NCBI RefSeq assembly: GCF_009914755.1
Contig: NC_060942.1
Strand: one strand, 5' to 3'
Source: the human T2T-CHM13v2.0 reference genome, Homo sapiens
Length of the DNA: 64,000 bases
Part shown: positions 1 through 14,290 of the stretch, piece by piece
Layout of the letters: each line of letters opens with the position of its first letter
Numbering within the stretch: position 1 is the first letter of the stretch
Made by a program: the position numbers and the translations under genes
Notes under the pieces: generated by a model
Databases searched by the model: none
What the model was told of the DNA's origin: nothing
What the model saw: the letters and a program-made list of their open reading frames with translations, nothing else

Positions 1-4
1 TTCT

Positions 5-259
5 CTGAGACAAGGTCTTGCTCTATTGCTCAGGCTGCAGTGCAGTGAATGTGATCACAACTCACTGCAGCCTTAACCTCCCCAGGCTTGAGTGATTCTC
101 CTACCTTAGCCTCCCTAGTAGCTGGGACTACAGGCATGCATCACCAAGCCTGGCAAAGTTTTCATATTTTTTGTAGATACAGGGTTTCCCCATGTTGCCC
201 AGGCCGGTGTCAAACTCTTGGACTGAACTGATCACCTGCCTTCGCTTCCCAAAGTGCTG
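5..259 (-). mobile_element. Alu (AluJ-like), diverged
   Basis: Reverse-complement Alu text: gagacaaggtcttgctct...gctgggactacagg...cccaaagtgctg. Confidence 0.9.
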
Positions 260-489
260 CTCTCTCATATAGGGAATAAAAGCTCCTTTCTCCTAAATTT
301 TACTCCTTAGGGGTAAAATTTACTCTGCATAGCCTTCCAGACTTTTAATAATGCATATCAAACACATACGTAAGCACTCTGTTTTTAAATAATGTGAGAT
401 TATTCTAGATACAGTAGATACACTGCAGAACACTGTATCTTCTAGATATTCTAGAACACTGTTCTACAGTGTATCTAGAATAATGTTTT

Positions 490-910
490 TACTTTCTGTG
501 TCATAGCCTTCTTTCCACTGAGTTAATACAGTTCTCCATCTGGTCTTTTGACAAATATATAATACTTCATTGTAGAAAGGAGCCCTAATTTAACCATCTC
601 TAATTGATGGACATTGAGTTATCTATTTCTTTGTTATATTAAATAGTGCTGCAATTAATATCCTCATGGATGTATTCTTGATTTCTTAAAGAAACGCTCC
701 AAAAGTAGAATGGCTTGGTCAAAATGGCTTGGATACTTTTGTTTTGTTGGAAGATGGCAGATCACTGTCTTGAAAGGTTCTTTCATCTCACCAACAATGG
801 ATGAGAATGTCTATTTCCCTACACATGTTCTTTTCAAAAGATGACAATTACGGAGTCTGATGAAAATACTCTCAAGATACAATTTCCTATTATGTGATAT
901 AGCTCTACAT
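490..910 (-). mobile_element. Old L1M (L1ME-like) fragment
   Basis: ttaaccatctctaattgatggacatt...aatagtgctgcaattaatatcc resembles the antisense L1M 3' region. Confidence 0.55.
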
Positions 911-1268
911 TTCTCCCTCTTCTCTGTTGCACACCAAATGAAAAGACGTTTTGGAGAAAGGCAGGAGGGAAGGAGAGGTAAGAACGAACAGAGGAGAGAG
1001 GTGGAGACAAAGAGTCTGATGGCCTTCTGCCTGGCTTGCCATGTGGCTTGCAAGTACATAAATTAGAAGCTTGAGGGCAGCTGGGGGAGGCTGAACCATC
1101 TTGACTTCTGGATGGCTTTGGAACTACAGCATTGCTTCTTTGGAGGGGCCCAGCTGAGGTCAGCACAGGTGTCAGTTCAAAGATGGTCACAGAAGTAACA
1201 TTTCAGCTATCTGGGTCTTAAAGGCCTGCTTTTAACATGATTGGGGTGGTGAACGGGTGAGGGACTGA

Positions 1269-1579
<311 letters not shown>

Positions 1580-1689
1580 CTGATACCTACTGCTCTAACT
1601 CAACTACTCAACATTTTGCTGTTGAAGAAGGAAAGAATGAATGACGGGGAAGAGGAATAGCCCTTTCCAGCTGCTCCCTGGGAACCACT

Positions 1690-1870
1690 CTCAGAGCACC
1701 TTCTTTGCATTTATCACAGTGAAATTAAGTAATTAATTAGGTGGCTTAGTTTAATTTTTTTTCCCTTCTGTTTCAACTGCAGGATTTCCAAGGGCAGGGG
1801 CCAGATCTGCCTAATTCATCCCCTCGTCCAGCAACAGTTACCGGCACAGAGTGGGTGCTTAATAACAATC
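1690..1870 (+). mobile_element. L2 3' end fragment
   Basis: agggcagggg...ggcacagagtgggtgcttaataa resembles the L2 terminus. Confidence 0.55.
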
Positions 1871-1984
1871 TGATAAACACACCCTCCTGTTTTCTTCTCC
1901 ACAGCCGCCTCCAGGACCTACATCACAGTGTAGAAACTGTCAGAGCAGTGACACTATTAAAAAAAAAAAAAATTTTTTTTTCAC

Positions 1985-2440
1985 ATTTTTAAATTATTTA
2001 TTTACTTAAAAATAATAAGCCCATTACATTTTAACATAAATATTCTTGTGGAAAGTATATTTTCCAAAACCAGAAAAATTAGTTACAAGAGTGACATTAT
2101 TTTATATTCTCACAAATCTATTCAATATCTGACTTAATTGAAGACACGTGGATTCCCATATCTTTTGCATTCTGCAGAAATTTGTCATTTTGGTTTAAGA
2201 ATATGAAGAAAATTTGACCTCACAGAGAGAGGTAGCTGGAAAAAGGAGGTGTATTTGAATATCTTTTTCAGGTAATTGTAGCTGTTCTCATAGACTATAA
2301 CAAAATTCAACAAGTGATAGTTTCTTAAAAGTTAGTTACAATGTGGACTATTAAACCATATGCATGAACTTTTCACACTGTAATGTATCAAATTCCACTG
2401 GTCTTTTACTTGGAACAGACCTTTTACCCATGCGTGATTT
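1985..2440. mobile_element. Charlie1 (hAT) internal fragment
   Basis: tattttccaaaac...tatgaagaaaat...tagtttcttaaaagttagttacaatgtgga...ttttacccatgcgtgatttt matches recalled Charlie1a/b consensus. Confidence 0.75.
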
Positions 2441-2559
2441 TATTTTTATTTTTATTTTTTTTGCTTTTTATGGGCTTTTATTATAGCTTTTATGATCAGA
2501 CATACAAATATAAAAACCCACTCCTCGTGGCCTTCCTCAGATCTATTTGTCAGGGTTTT

Positions 2560-2865
2560 CTTAAAAAAAAACTTTTTAAAAGAGCAGTTTTATGTTCATA
2601 GCAAAATTGAGTGGAAAGTACAGAGAAAGTACCTTTACTCCCCTGCCCCTGCACAGCCTCACCCTCTATCAACATCCCCACCAGGGTGATGCATTTGTTA
2701 CAACTGATGAACCTACATTCATTGATTGGCGCATTGTCACCCAGAGTCCATAGTTTACATTAGGGTCCACTTTTGCTATTGTACATTCTATGGATTTAGA
2801 TAAATATTTAATGACATGTATCCACCATTACATCATCACATAGAGCAGTTTGAGGGCCCTAAAGA
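2560..2865 (-). mobile_element. L1MC1-like 3' end
   Basis: gagcagttttatgttcatagcaaaattgag...tttgttacaactgatgaacctaca...agtccatagtttacattaggg. Confidence 0.8.
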
Positions 2866-3743
2866 CAATGACACCTTAATTTTTTTTTTTTTTAGTTACT
2901 TGTTTTTAGCACTCAAAATTGCTTAAAAGTTTAGGAAACATGCTTGACATCTATAAGCAGAGGGCTTAAACGGGCACAGGGTGCCAAGAACTGCAGGACA
3001 CAAAGCAACCCAAACCTGACCCTGTATCAGCATTCAAAAGAAAGCAGAGTGGTCTTGTGGAGTGGCTTTGTTAGCAAGCATGGAGAATCAGGGTGCCCTT
3101 GCAGGAGCCAGGGGACCTCTGGGAACAGGGTTTTGATTAGAAGTCAATGGTCATGGGGCTTGGAGAGACCGGTGAGTAATTTTCTATTTCAGCGTGGATA
3201 AATACAGGAAGCACCAAGACAGCTGAGCTCTGAAACGGCAGACAAAGGGCAAGATTTTCTTAAGTACTGGCTGAAGTGACTCTCCTCTAAGCCTGCTAAT
3301 TAGGGGATTTAATCTCCCAGCAGGTGAAAAGGACAAAGGGCTTTTTCCATAGTGTTTTGCCAAATTCTAAGGTTAAGCACAGTCCAAAAGCTATTAGCCT
3401 TCTGCCAATATGAGAATGAATCACAAGTAATGTGAGGGAATTAAAATCAAGGTTAGATTAAGTCAAAAAATAATTAAAAACCATTTAAGGGAATCAGGAA
3501 GTTATGTGATGTGTACCTAAGTATTTCTTTTTCATTAAATCTTATTTCAAATTGTATATATTATCATTAATATGCACATGTTGGGGTGGTTTATGTTTAA
3601 TCTGTAGAGGTTGTTATTTTAGTAAGGTTATATATAAAATACTATGGAAAGAAGCATATGAGAAATAGAATTTGATGCTTAGCACTGAGAAGGTAATTAC
3701 CCTGCTGGGAAGGACGCCTGACCTAGGGTCCCCTAACAGGCAC

Positions 3744-3777
3744 CACCACCACCTGGTGGCTCTTGATGACGTTGCAG
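3744..3777 (-). promoter_or_regulatory. Candidate CTCF site (core plus upstream motif)
   Basis: Minus strand reads TGCAACGTC-ATCAA-GAGCCACCAGGTGGTGG; motif match only. Confidence 0.4.
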
Positions 3778-3889
3778 GAGTAAAGCCTCAGAGGAAGCCT
3801 TTAGCTTCTGGGGAGCATTTCTTACAAATTCAAATTTTTTTTTTCAGTGAATATGATTCAGTTGCTATACTGCCAAAGAGGAGAAAGGG

Positions 3890-4110
3890 TCTAATACTTA
3901 CTGAGCATCTACTTTAGGACAGCAGCCAGTCTAGGGACTTTGTGTATCTCATCCTCCTAGCAGCCCTATGCTGTACATAATATCACCATTTTGCAGCTGA
4001 GAAAACCAAGGCCTAGCAAGATCAAGTGACTTGCTCAAAATCAAAGAACTGGGCCTGCCAGAGCTGTGGGCTGAAATCAGATTTGCCTGACTCCAGAGCC
4101 CATAGTCTTT
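3890..4110 (-). mobile_element. MIR
   Basis: ccattttgcagctgagaaaacc...aagtgacttgctcaa...ctgactccagagccc is the reverse MIR core. Confidence 0.8.
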
Positions 4111-4741
4111 GCAAAGCTTACTGCCTGAATTTGGCATAAGAAAGGGTGGTGAGACGCCTTATGACTTTTTTAAGGGATTGATGCAGAATTTAGACCCACA
4201 GTTAATGTATTCATTTTTGGGCACATTTAAGAATAAGTATTTGATATACCAAATTGATACACTGTTCATCTTTTGGAATAGTGGATGAGATCTTTTGCCA
4301 AGGTGGTGTGGGTATCCAAGATAAGTGAGAAAACGTTAAATCTGTTAGAATGTCAAAGCCTACAAATTAAGAAGATTTATTTATTTACCAAGTATTTATC
4401 AAGGATCTGTTTTATTCTAGGTATGGAGAAATACAGATGAATTGAATATGATTCCTGCCCACAAAGACCTTATAAAGTTATAGACATGTGACATCATATA
4501 TTATACCTCTATTCTAACACACAACTTCAAGTAATCTTTTAGAAACAACAACCAAACAATTAAATAATGAAAATGTGGTACCATTCTTACCTGGGTTTCC
4601 TCCTATCTTATATAGCCTTATCCTTATTTTTTTTTTCTTTTGCTTGTTCAACATTAAGGTTCTGATTTTAGCTTTCTTCTCTTTCTACCCATTCTCTCCT
4701 GATGACCTTACTCATTTCTATTGCTTCAACCATAATTCACT

Positions 4742-5067
4742 TTATTTTTATTTTTTTATTGAGATGGAGTCTTGCTCTGTCACTGAGGCTGGAGTGCAGT
4801 GGCGCGATCTCGGCTCACTGCCAACCTTGCCAACCTCGCCAACCTCTGCCGCCCGGGTTCAAGCGATTCTTGTGCCTTAGCTTCTGGAATACTTGGGATT
4901 ATAGGCATGCAACACCACACTAATTTTTTTTTTTTTTTGTATTTTTACTAGAGAGCGGGGTTTCGCCATGTTGGCCAGGCTGGTCTCGAACTCTTGACCT
5001 CAGGTGATCCACCCACCTCAGCCTCCCAAGGTGCTGGGATTACAGGCGTGAGCCACTGCTCCCGGCC
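4742..5067 (-). mobile_element. AluSx-like
   Basis: Full dimer with gacctcaggtgatcc; flanks share attcacttta. Confidence 0.93.
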
Positions 5068-5069
5068 CA

Positions 5070-6610
<1,541 letters not shown>

Positions 6611-6614
6611 TAAT

Positions 6615-6770
6615 ATTATAGTTGGAAGGGCTTTAAAACACCTAATCCAACCTTTTTATATTGAATATGCAGAAACTGAGGACAGGGAGAGAAAGAGATT
6701 TACCTAAGATTTTCTTGCTAGAGAGTAGCAAAGGTGAGACTAGAACCTAGTTTTGTTCCTCTATCAATGC
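6615..6770 (-). mobile_element. MIR (MIR3/MIRc-like)
   Basis: gttggaaggg...aatccaacc...agaaactgagg...actagaacctag. Confidence 0.6.
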
Positions 6771-6923
6771 TCTTCTTCTCTACATTATTACATGAAACTC
6801 TTGTTCCTCCATTTTTTATGGGTCTGTTAAGAGATACGAACCACAAGACCTACAGGTGTGCGAATCTGTTGGCCAGCCCAACACCCTCGCAGCTGCTTTT
6901 GAGAAGACTCTTACTCAGAGACC

Positions 6924-6957
6924 ACACTCCACCTGGTGGCAATTTACCTAAACTGCA
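6924..6957 (-). promoter_or_regulatory. Candidate CTCF site (core plus upstream motif)
   Basis: Minus strand reads TGCAGTTTA-GGTAAA-TTGCCACCAGGTGGAGTG; motif match only. Confidence 0.45.
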
Positions 6958-7221
6958 AGTACCTCTTCCCTTGGTGTTGGTGACTCCTTTTCTTTGCCTT
7001 CTCTCTTCCTACCGATTCTTCTTTCTTACTTTTGTCTGTGAGTTTCTCTTTTTTCATCTGTTTAGTAAATATAATAGTTTCTTTAGGTTCTTGACCCTCC
7101 TACTCTACATTCTCTCTTTGAGAAGTAGGAGGAATTCATTTACTCTTGAGCTTCAAATACTATCTACATGCTGATGACCCTTAAGTCCTCATCTCCAACA
7201 AGAATCTCTCTCCTGAGCCCC

Positions 7222-7340
7222 AGCAGAGCCACCATATACATTTACATAGTTTGGTCCCTGTCCTTCCATGGGGGGTCATTCTCATGGTAGTCTATGTGAC
7301 TGGCATCCCCCTGGGGTTAGGTAGTGCATTGCAGCAGGCT
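7222..7340. mobile_element. MER91A-like hAT MITE
   Basis: Quasi-palindrome ggggggtcattctcatggtagtctatgtgactggcatccccctgg. Confidence 0.65.
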
Positions 7341-7450
7341 TTCTTCAGGAATCTCAAACATAGCATGACACAAAGTGAACTCATTATTGCCCCTCTGAAA
7401 GCCCTTATCCAGGTGTGATACCCCCTTCATTCCTTTGTCATCGCTGGCAC

Positions 7451-7665
7451 TTCTCTTCCTGACCACCACCTCATCTGCTCGATTACCAAGTCCTGTGGCT
7501 CCTACTGTCTAGGAATGCTTGTTTCACTTCCTGACCACCACCTTGTCCACTCAATTACCAAGTCATATGGCTCCTACTATCTAGGAACGCCGGTTTCTCT
7601 TCCTGATCACCACCTTGTCCACTCAATTACCAAGTCCTATGGCTCCTATTATCTAGGAATGCTTG
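7451..7665. repeat. Tandem repeat, 72-bp unit x3
   Basis: cttcctga recurs at 7455, 7527 and 7599; copies 2 and 3 are nearly identical. Confidence 0.95.
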
Positions 7666-10158
7666 TGGCTATTTGCTGTTCACTTCAGCCTTTCTTATCT
7701 TGGCTCAGGCCTTCAGCATTGCTGGCTTGAGTTATTGCTGCAGCCGCCTTCTAACTGGTCTTCCTGACTCTAGTTTTGCCCGTCTTTAACCCAGTCTTCA
7801 CACTGCTGCCAGAAGGGACTTTCTAGAATATAAACTTGCATGACGTTTTTCTGTTGAAAACCCTACAATTGTTTCCTGTTGTCTTAGGGTTAAGTTTAAA
7901 TTCCTTAAAGCGACTTACTAAGTCATCCAGGACCTGAGCCTTGATTTCCTGTCCAGCTCCCTTCTCTCCCTTTTCCTGCCCCATTCACTCTCTGTATTTT
8001 GGAAGTGGCTGTCCAAGTGAAACATAGTCACTTTCACTTCAGAGCCTTTGCAACCTTACTCTTCTCACTATATTTGTGATCCTCCTTGCCTGGCTAATCC
8101 CGATTGGTCTTTTGGGGCTCAGCTGAGCTTCCTCTGACAGAAAGCCCTCCTTGACCTCCTAATCCTGGATTAGTGCTCCTTTTCTGTTTTTAGAGGATAC
8201 CACTGTCCTCTCTATAAAATCTTTATCTTATTATATTGTAACTTGGCTCTCACCTCCCCACCTCCCACATTAGGTTTATCTTCACTAAGGCCAGGGCCTA
8301 CTTTTCCAGTGAAAGAATACACAAAAAGGAGAAAGCCTCATGAATAGTTTCTTTGTAATTTGAAATCTCCAAAGTGATAGAATGGTAGCGGTTTTATCTA
8401 AAGGCACAAAGTATGCCGGGTAAGTCCTCTTCCTGAGAAGTGGCAGGACCCCATGTAGGAGGGCCTAGCCTGTATCACAGGCTAAGGGCCCAGAAAATAC
8501 AGGCTGGCATGAGAGCCTAGTGAACATTAACAGCTGGAGATCTTCACATTGACACATCTTGTTCCAATAGTACTCTGAAATTCCTATGTAGAAGATTGAA
8601 TCTTTTAGCTTAAAGACTTATATTCAATTCAGCTGGAGCAGCTCCTGGCCTCACATCTCCACCTGGAAAACAATAATTACAGTCCATTGAGAATTAGTCT
8701 CAAATTTTCTTCCAAAAGGCAGTTATAACAGAGTGAGCATGAAGTTAGTGGATGCTTGGCAGATGAAAAAAGGATCATTTTAAAGTTGGGAGAAATGTTC
8801 AAAACCAACAGGCCAAAGCACAAAGTTTGCATATTTCAAGATGAAGTGTGAATATTTCATAATTTCACAGGATTGGCCTTTGCACATGTATCCTTGAAAA
8901 TTCATCAACTCTACGAAATGTCTTTGGCTTCTAGACAAATTAATTCTCTTGATCTCCAATGAGAAAGAAATAGAATGAGTTACCAAGAGTGTTTAAGATT
9001 GTATGATTCTTAGTATAAAAAAGAGTCCCAGAAATAGAGAATAAATTTAATGCTCTAAAAAATGTCACCATTAAAATGACATGTTAGAATGATATGTTAA
9101 AAAGCAAATTTAAAATTCCTAATGAAATTTTTAATGATATTAGAAATGTAGTATAGAGCCAAAGATTTTTTCTTTGTTAAAAACTAAATTTAAACGATCA
9201 TTTTCCATAAGCTCCATAGAAGTGACTTTCAAAGTCAAGGTTTTTAAAAACAATCTTGAAATCAGCTATCTATATAAATGATAGAGTTTCAGATATTGCG
9301 ACTTCACTGCTTCCACATTCCTAAAGCAATACTGAAAACCCAAGAAGCCATTCTGCAGTATTAGCAAAGGCACACATGGCTTTATTCTTTATATGTAGGA
9401 GTTTAGCCTACTCTAGACCTCATGAAAGATTGACTTGCTTAGGGTAAAAATAATAATTTTTAATATCACCTTTCTATTAGTTCTAGTCGAATGAACAGGA
9501 AGGCATAACTCACTCCCGTAACAATAATGAAGAGAGAAATATGTGTATGGATGGATGTCATCAGTAAATGCCTTTGGCTAAATAAGGCACAATTTATTTG
9601 AAGGACACACAGCTGAATGGGCCTTCGAGCGGTCCAAGCATGAAGAGGAGTGCAGAACTGTCAATGTTCATTGTAGGTGCCTGCCCTCTCTCTCTCTCTC
9701 TCTCCCTCCCTTACCCATCCTACCTCTTTCTCCCTCCTTGAAGGAGATAAGTGAAAAGGAAAAATATATGTGGTAATGGGAGAAGAATGAAGTTACACCA
9801 GATGTTAGAAGAAATATAGGTGGAGTTGCAGTTAGCTAAATGAAGTAGAGTGAGGAAGACAAAGCATGATTACAGGGAATGGGAAAGAGAAGCAGGAAAA
9901 AAAAGCCATTTGAGGCACTGTTAACAAAGAACGGAAAAATTATTTTTGGGGGGAGCCATTTGAAATTACAAAAAAGCAAAATAATCTTTGCCATATGCTT
10001 CAAGAATCATAATATTTGAAGTTTAGTAGAGGCAGAAGTAAGCATAATTTCGTTGGTCAACATTTAATGATTTATACAATAAAGTAGGTAAACAAATGAT
10101 GGCAGGAATCTTAACCTATTGTCAAGTAGACAAATTTATGAAATAGAACTTGCAATGA

Positions 10159-10471
<313 letters not shown>

Positions 10472-10547
10472 GGGAAAGACTATTAAAAGCAGATGAAACT
10501 ATGGACCATTACATGAGCCATGAAATGTAGTTTTCTTAAAACAACAA

Positions 10548-10909
10548 TGATACGGTTCGGCTCTGTGTCCCCACCCACATCTCATGTTGACTTGTAATGC
10601 CCATGTGTTGGAGGAGGGGCCTGGTGGGAGGTGATTGGATCATGGGGGTGGATTTCCCCCTTGCTCTGCTCGTGATAGTGAGTGAGTTCTCACGAGATCT
10701 CATGGTTTAAAAGTGTGCGGCACTTTCCCCTTCACGCTTTCTTTCTCCTGCCGCTCTCTGAAGAAGGTGCTTGCTTCCCCTTCGCCTTACACCATGAATG
10801 TAAATTTCCTGAGGCCTCTCAGCCGTGCTTTCTGTACAGCCTGCAGAATTGTGAGTCAATTAGACCTCTTTTTTTCATGAATTACGCAGTGTGAGAATGG
10901 ACTTATACA
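10548..10909 (+). mobile_element. MaLR solo LTR (MSTA/THE1D-like)
   Basis: tgatacggttcggctctgtgtccccaccc...gcagtgtgagaatggacttataca. Confidence 0.85.
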
Positions 10910-11689
10910 CAACATGGTACTACAGCAGCTAAAGTGAACCAGCCCATCTTATTGTTTTAATTTTGACATCTTTTCAAGTAAAATTAAAATGCTGTTGGTG
11001 TCACTTAAAATAAAATGTTTAACAATAAGACAAGGTTGAGAAGTTGGTTATAAGCAGACGTCACTGGGGAGAAGAAAAAAATGCATCTCAAACTTGAGTC
11101 ACGTGGCATGTAATTACACAGAGAGAGGTGCACAGCTCTAAAAAATGCATTTTGAAAAGCATTACATTTTGTAAAAAACATCAACCCCTCAGGTCTGGAG
11201 TTGAAGAATGAGTCACGTCTGAAAGCAGGGAAGTGCTTGTGATTTAGCATTTTAACTCTTGGGGAATGGCTTTATACAGAATAGCTGGGAAGATTTAGCA
11301 AAATTGGTACTTTCTCTTTAGAACCGTGAAGCCGCAGGATTCCTGAGAAAAGTGGGCACGGTTGGTGCTTAAGCTTTTAGTCAATGAGTGTTGTGAAAAA
11401 TAAGAATAAAATCATAATGACTTTTTCAAATTAAAATGATGTTAGAGGTCACTAATAATCTAAATAGAGATGACCATTATATATAGATGGAGCCTAGCTG
11501 CAAGGTCTAAGCTTGCCTAATTTGGTCCAAGATTGCTGAAATATTAAAAAAGAAAAACAAAACAAAGATGCCGGGAGATATGAAGCTCACCCATGCTCTG
11601 ACTACCAGCCCCCTGCTATCCTATCTTCTGCATTTTTAAGACCATGTTGAACACTAGTTTTGACTTACCCTCACAAGCCTTAGCTTCCT

Positions 11690-11930
11690 AAAAGCAGTGG
11701 CTTAATCATTATCAGGTCACTGAAATCACAGTTCTCCCAGCACCCAGAGTCAAAATTCCTGAGTCTTCTTTGATACCTTCTTTAATTTCATCTCCCATAT
11801 CCTGTAAGTCATTGTGCCTTTAGGATCTTTTAAAAAATATCTGAGATTTGTTCCTTCCTTTCTACATCTAAAGTCACATCAGTCTGTGACCTAATCATCT
11901 CAAGCCTGGATTGCTAAAATTGCTTCCTAG
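11690..11930 (+). mobile_element. L2 fragment
   Basis: aatcatctcaagcctggattgct...tgcttcctag L2-like block. Confidence 0.5.
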
Positions 11931-13306
11931 AAGCACACTGCTATGACAATAAAAGTATGCCTGCACATTTAAATTAAAGAGCTGTTACTACCCTTGATGA
12001 GTCTGTAACTGCTAACAGTTTTTAATGTGCTGAATTGTCTACAAAATTACTTGTGTAAACTTCATCAAAAGCATATAAATGTATTGCAAAATTCATAATT
12101 ATAAAATATAAAGTGTAAAGCTTATTGAAAATGCATCTCCTATTGAAATGGATAAAGATGGCATTTTCCCCCATCAGTTTGTCAATCTACAGATGAATAT
12201 TGCTTATCACTATAATGGGACAGAATTCACCTTCAGTTTTCTCTTCCCTCTCTCCCTCCCCACCTCCTCCATCCTTCTTCCTCACTCTCTTTTTCCCTTT
12301 CTTTCTTAACCTAGGGGTGGGTGCTGAGAAAACTTGCTGGCAAAAGTTGGTGGAATGGAAGAAGTTTTGAGATAGGACTATCATTCAGTTATTTGAAGTC
12401 CCTCTAAGTTGTATGCCAGAACAATATAGTAATTCATAATCAAAAGTATTTTTAATTATTTGGCAGCTGATGACCTCATAATGACCTCATATAATTTTGT
12501 AAAATGCAAGCATTGGAAACCCTCTGATTTTGCAAATCATTTAATTTCTCAATATCTAGGAAATGTATTAAAAAGACTTTAATACAACTTATTAGCTATT
12601 ATTCCCATTAGTCTTTAACTTAGAGACCCTTGTTTATGGTGCTAAAATGACATAAAACTGGGGTAAAAATAACTCCATAAATTGGATGCTTTGTACTTTA
12701 GGAATGTACCCATTTTTTTTCTGAGCAGAGATCTATATATTAATGCCAAATTTCAATTAATCTAGGAAGTTATCTCAAAAGTCTTTAAAAGTCATGACAC
12801 CTGAGAATTATTATATATAAATTCTAATATTAAGTTTTAATGGAAAATAAATTTTTACAATTATATATTTGACAGAATTAGAAGAGATTTGAATCCTCAA
12901 AAGAGAAACTAATTCTAATTCAATGAAGCTGGTTTTCTAGGATTTAATTTGTTATATACTAGAATATGATATGGAAACATTTTGTCTGACAACTGCATAA
13001 AGGAGGATATTCTGTTTTAAGACTATAGGTTTATATTTTTGTAAAAATTGACATAAAAACTATAGACCATTATTAATTATAGGGCTTATAAAAGATGTTT
13101 TAAGTTAAAAGATGCACTAAATTAAAAGATGGATTAAATATTGCTCTCAGTACATGACTTATGATAGACACCTATAACAATCCTTTTATTTTAATCTTAA
13201 ACTCTAAAGTCTGGATTATATAAGCATGGAAGTAATTGACAAATGCAGACAAATGGGAGACTTGTGCCTGAATGAAAAACGAATATCTGTTTATAGCATC
13301 TAATAA

Positions 13307-13600
<294 letters not shown>

Positions 13601-13794
13601 TATAGCATCTAATAATGCTTTGGCAAAGGTTAATAAAATGTTTCTTCTACCTATGTGAATAATATTTAAAAAAAGACGTTAACTTAGCTATTACCATATA
13701 TTCTTTATACTCAAAGTTATACTGTCCTTCTACAGAAGTGATAACGGAAATTTTGACCCTTTCTTCTGAAATCATGCAAAATATGTAACGAAGA

Positions 13795-14290
13795 CACCTT
13801 GGCCTGGGTTCCCCCAAACAGCAGAGCCTGAAACAAGGTGTTGCATGCAGATGGCTTATTTTGAGAAGTGATTCCCAAGGAATGGGAGTGGGAGATAGGA
13901 AGGGTTGAAAGAAAGAAGAAGGAAAAGCTAATCAAAGGGGAATGTTATTGAGTTGGGTCACCGCTGTGGGCAACTGCAGCTCAGTTCTCTTAGGGACCCT
14001 TTGAGGAACCGTGTCAGATATGCCTCAAAATTGCCCACCCGAGGGATGTATTAGAGGAGTATTTAGACTTTGGGTCTTGTTACTGTTGGTCAAGGGTCAC
14101 CTCATGAGATATTAATTCTACCCCACTTCCAGGTTTATGCAAACATCAAATGTGGCATCCCACATGGCAGCAGCAGAAAGGCACTGGGGTAGAAGATGAG
14201 TGATAATGAGGTTACCCCGGAATGCAGTTGGTTGGCTGGCATGCAAAGGTGGGCCTAAAAGGTAGACAATAGGATGCAATAAGTATCTCA
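13795..14290 (-). mobile_element. ERVL LTR (LTR33-like)
   Basis: gggttcccccaaacagcagagcctgaaacaagg...gtgattccca...caccgctgtgggcaactg. Confidence 0.65.

Larger units (their letters stand above)
7000..8300 (+). mobile_element. L2 fragment (hosts MER91A and a 72-bp triplication)
   Basis: atctacatgctgatgac, ctctctcctgagc, ctaactggtcttcctgact, cacactgctgccaga L2-like blocks. Confidence 0.65.

Noticed and set aside
1959-1981. A14 T9 self-complementary tract
   Set aside because: Adjacent mononucleotide runs are common; it is not a terminator in a eukaryotic context.
6734-7174. 146-aa hydrophobic ORF
   Set aside because: It starts at GTG, spans MIR/L2 relics and T-rich sequence, and has no recognisable domain.
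7451-7665. Regular repeats resembling a CRISPR array
   Set aside because: The units are contiguous with no unique spacers, lie in an L2 relic in primate DNA, and no cas genes are present.
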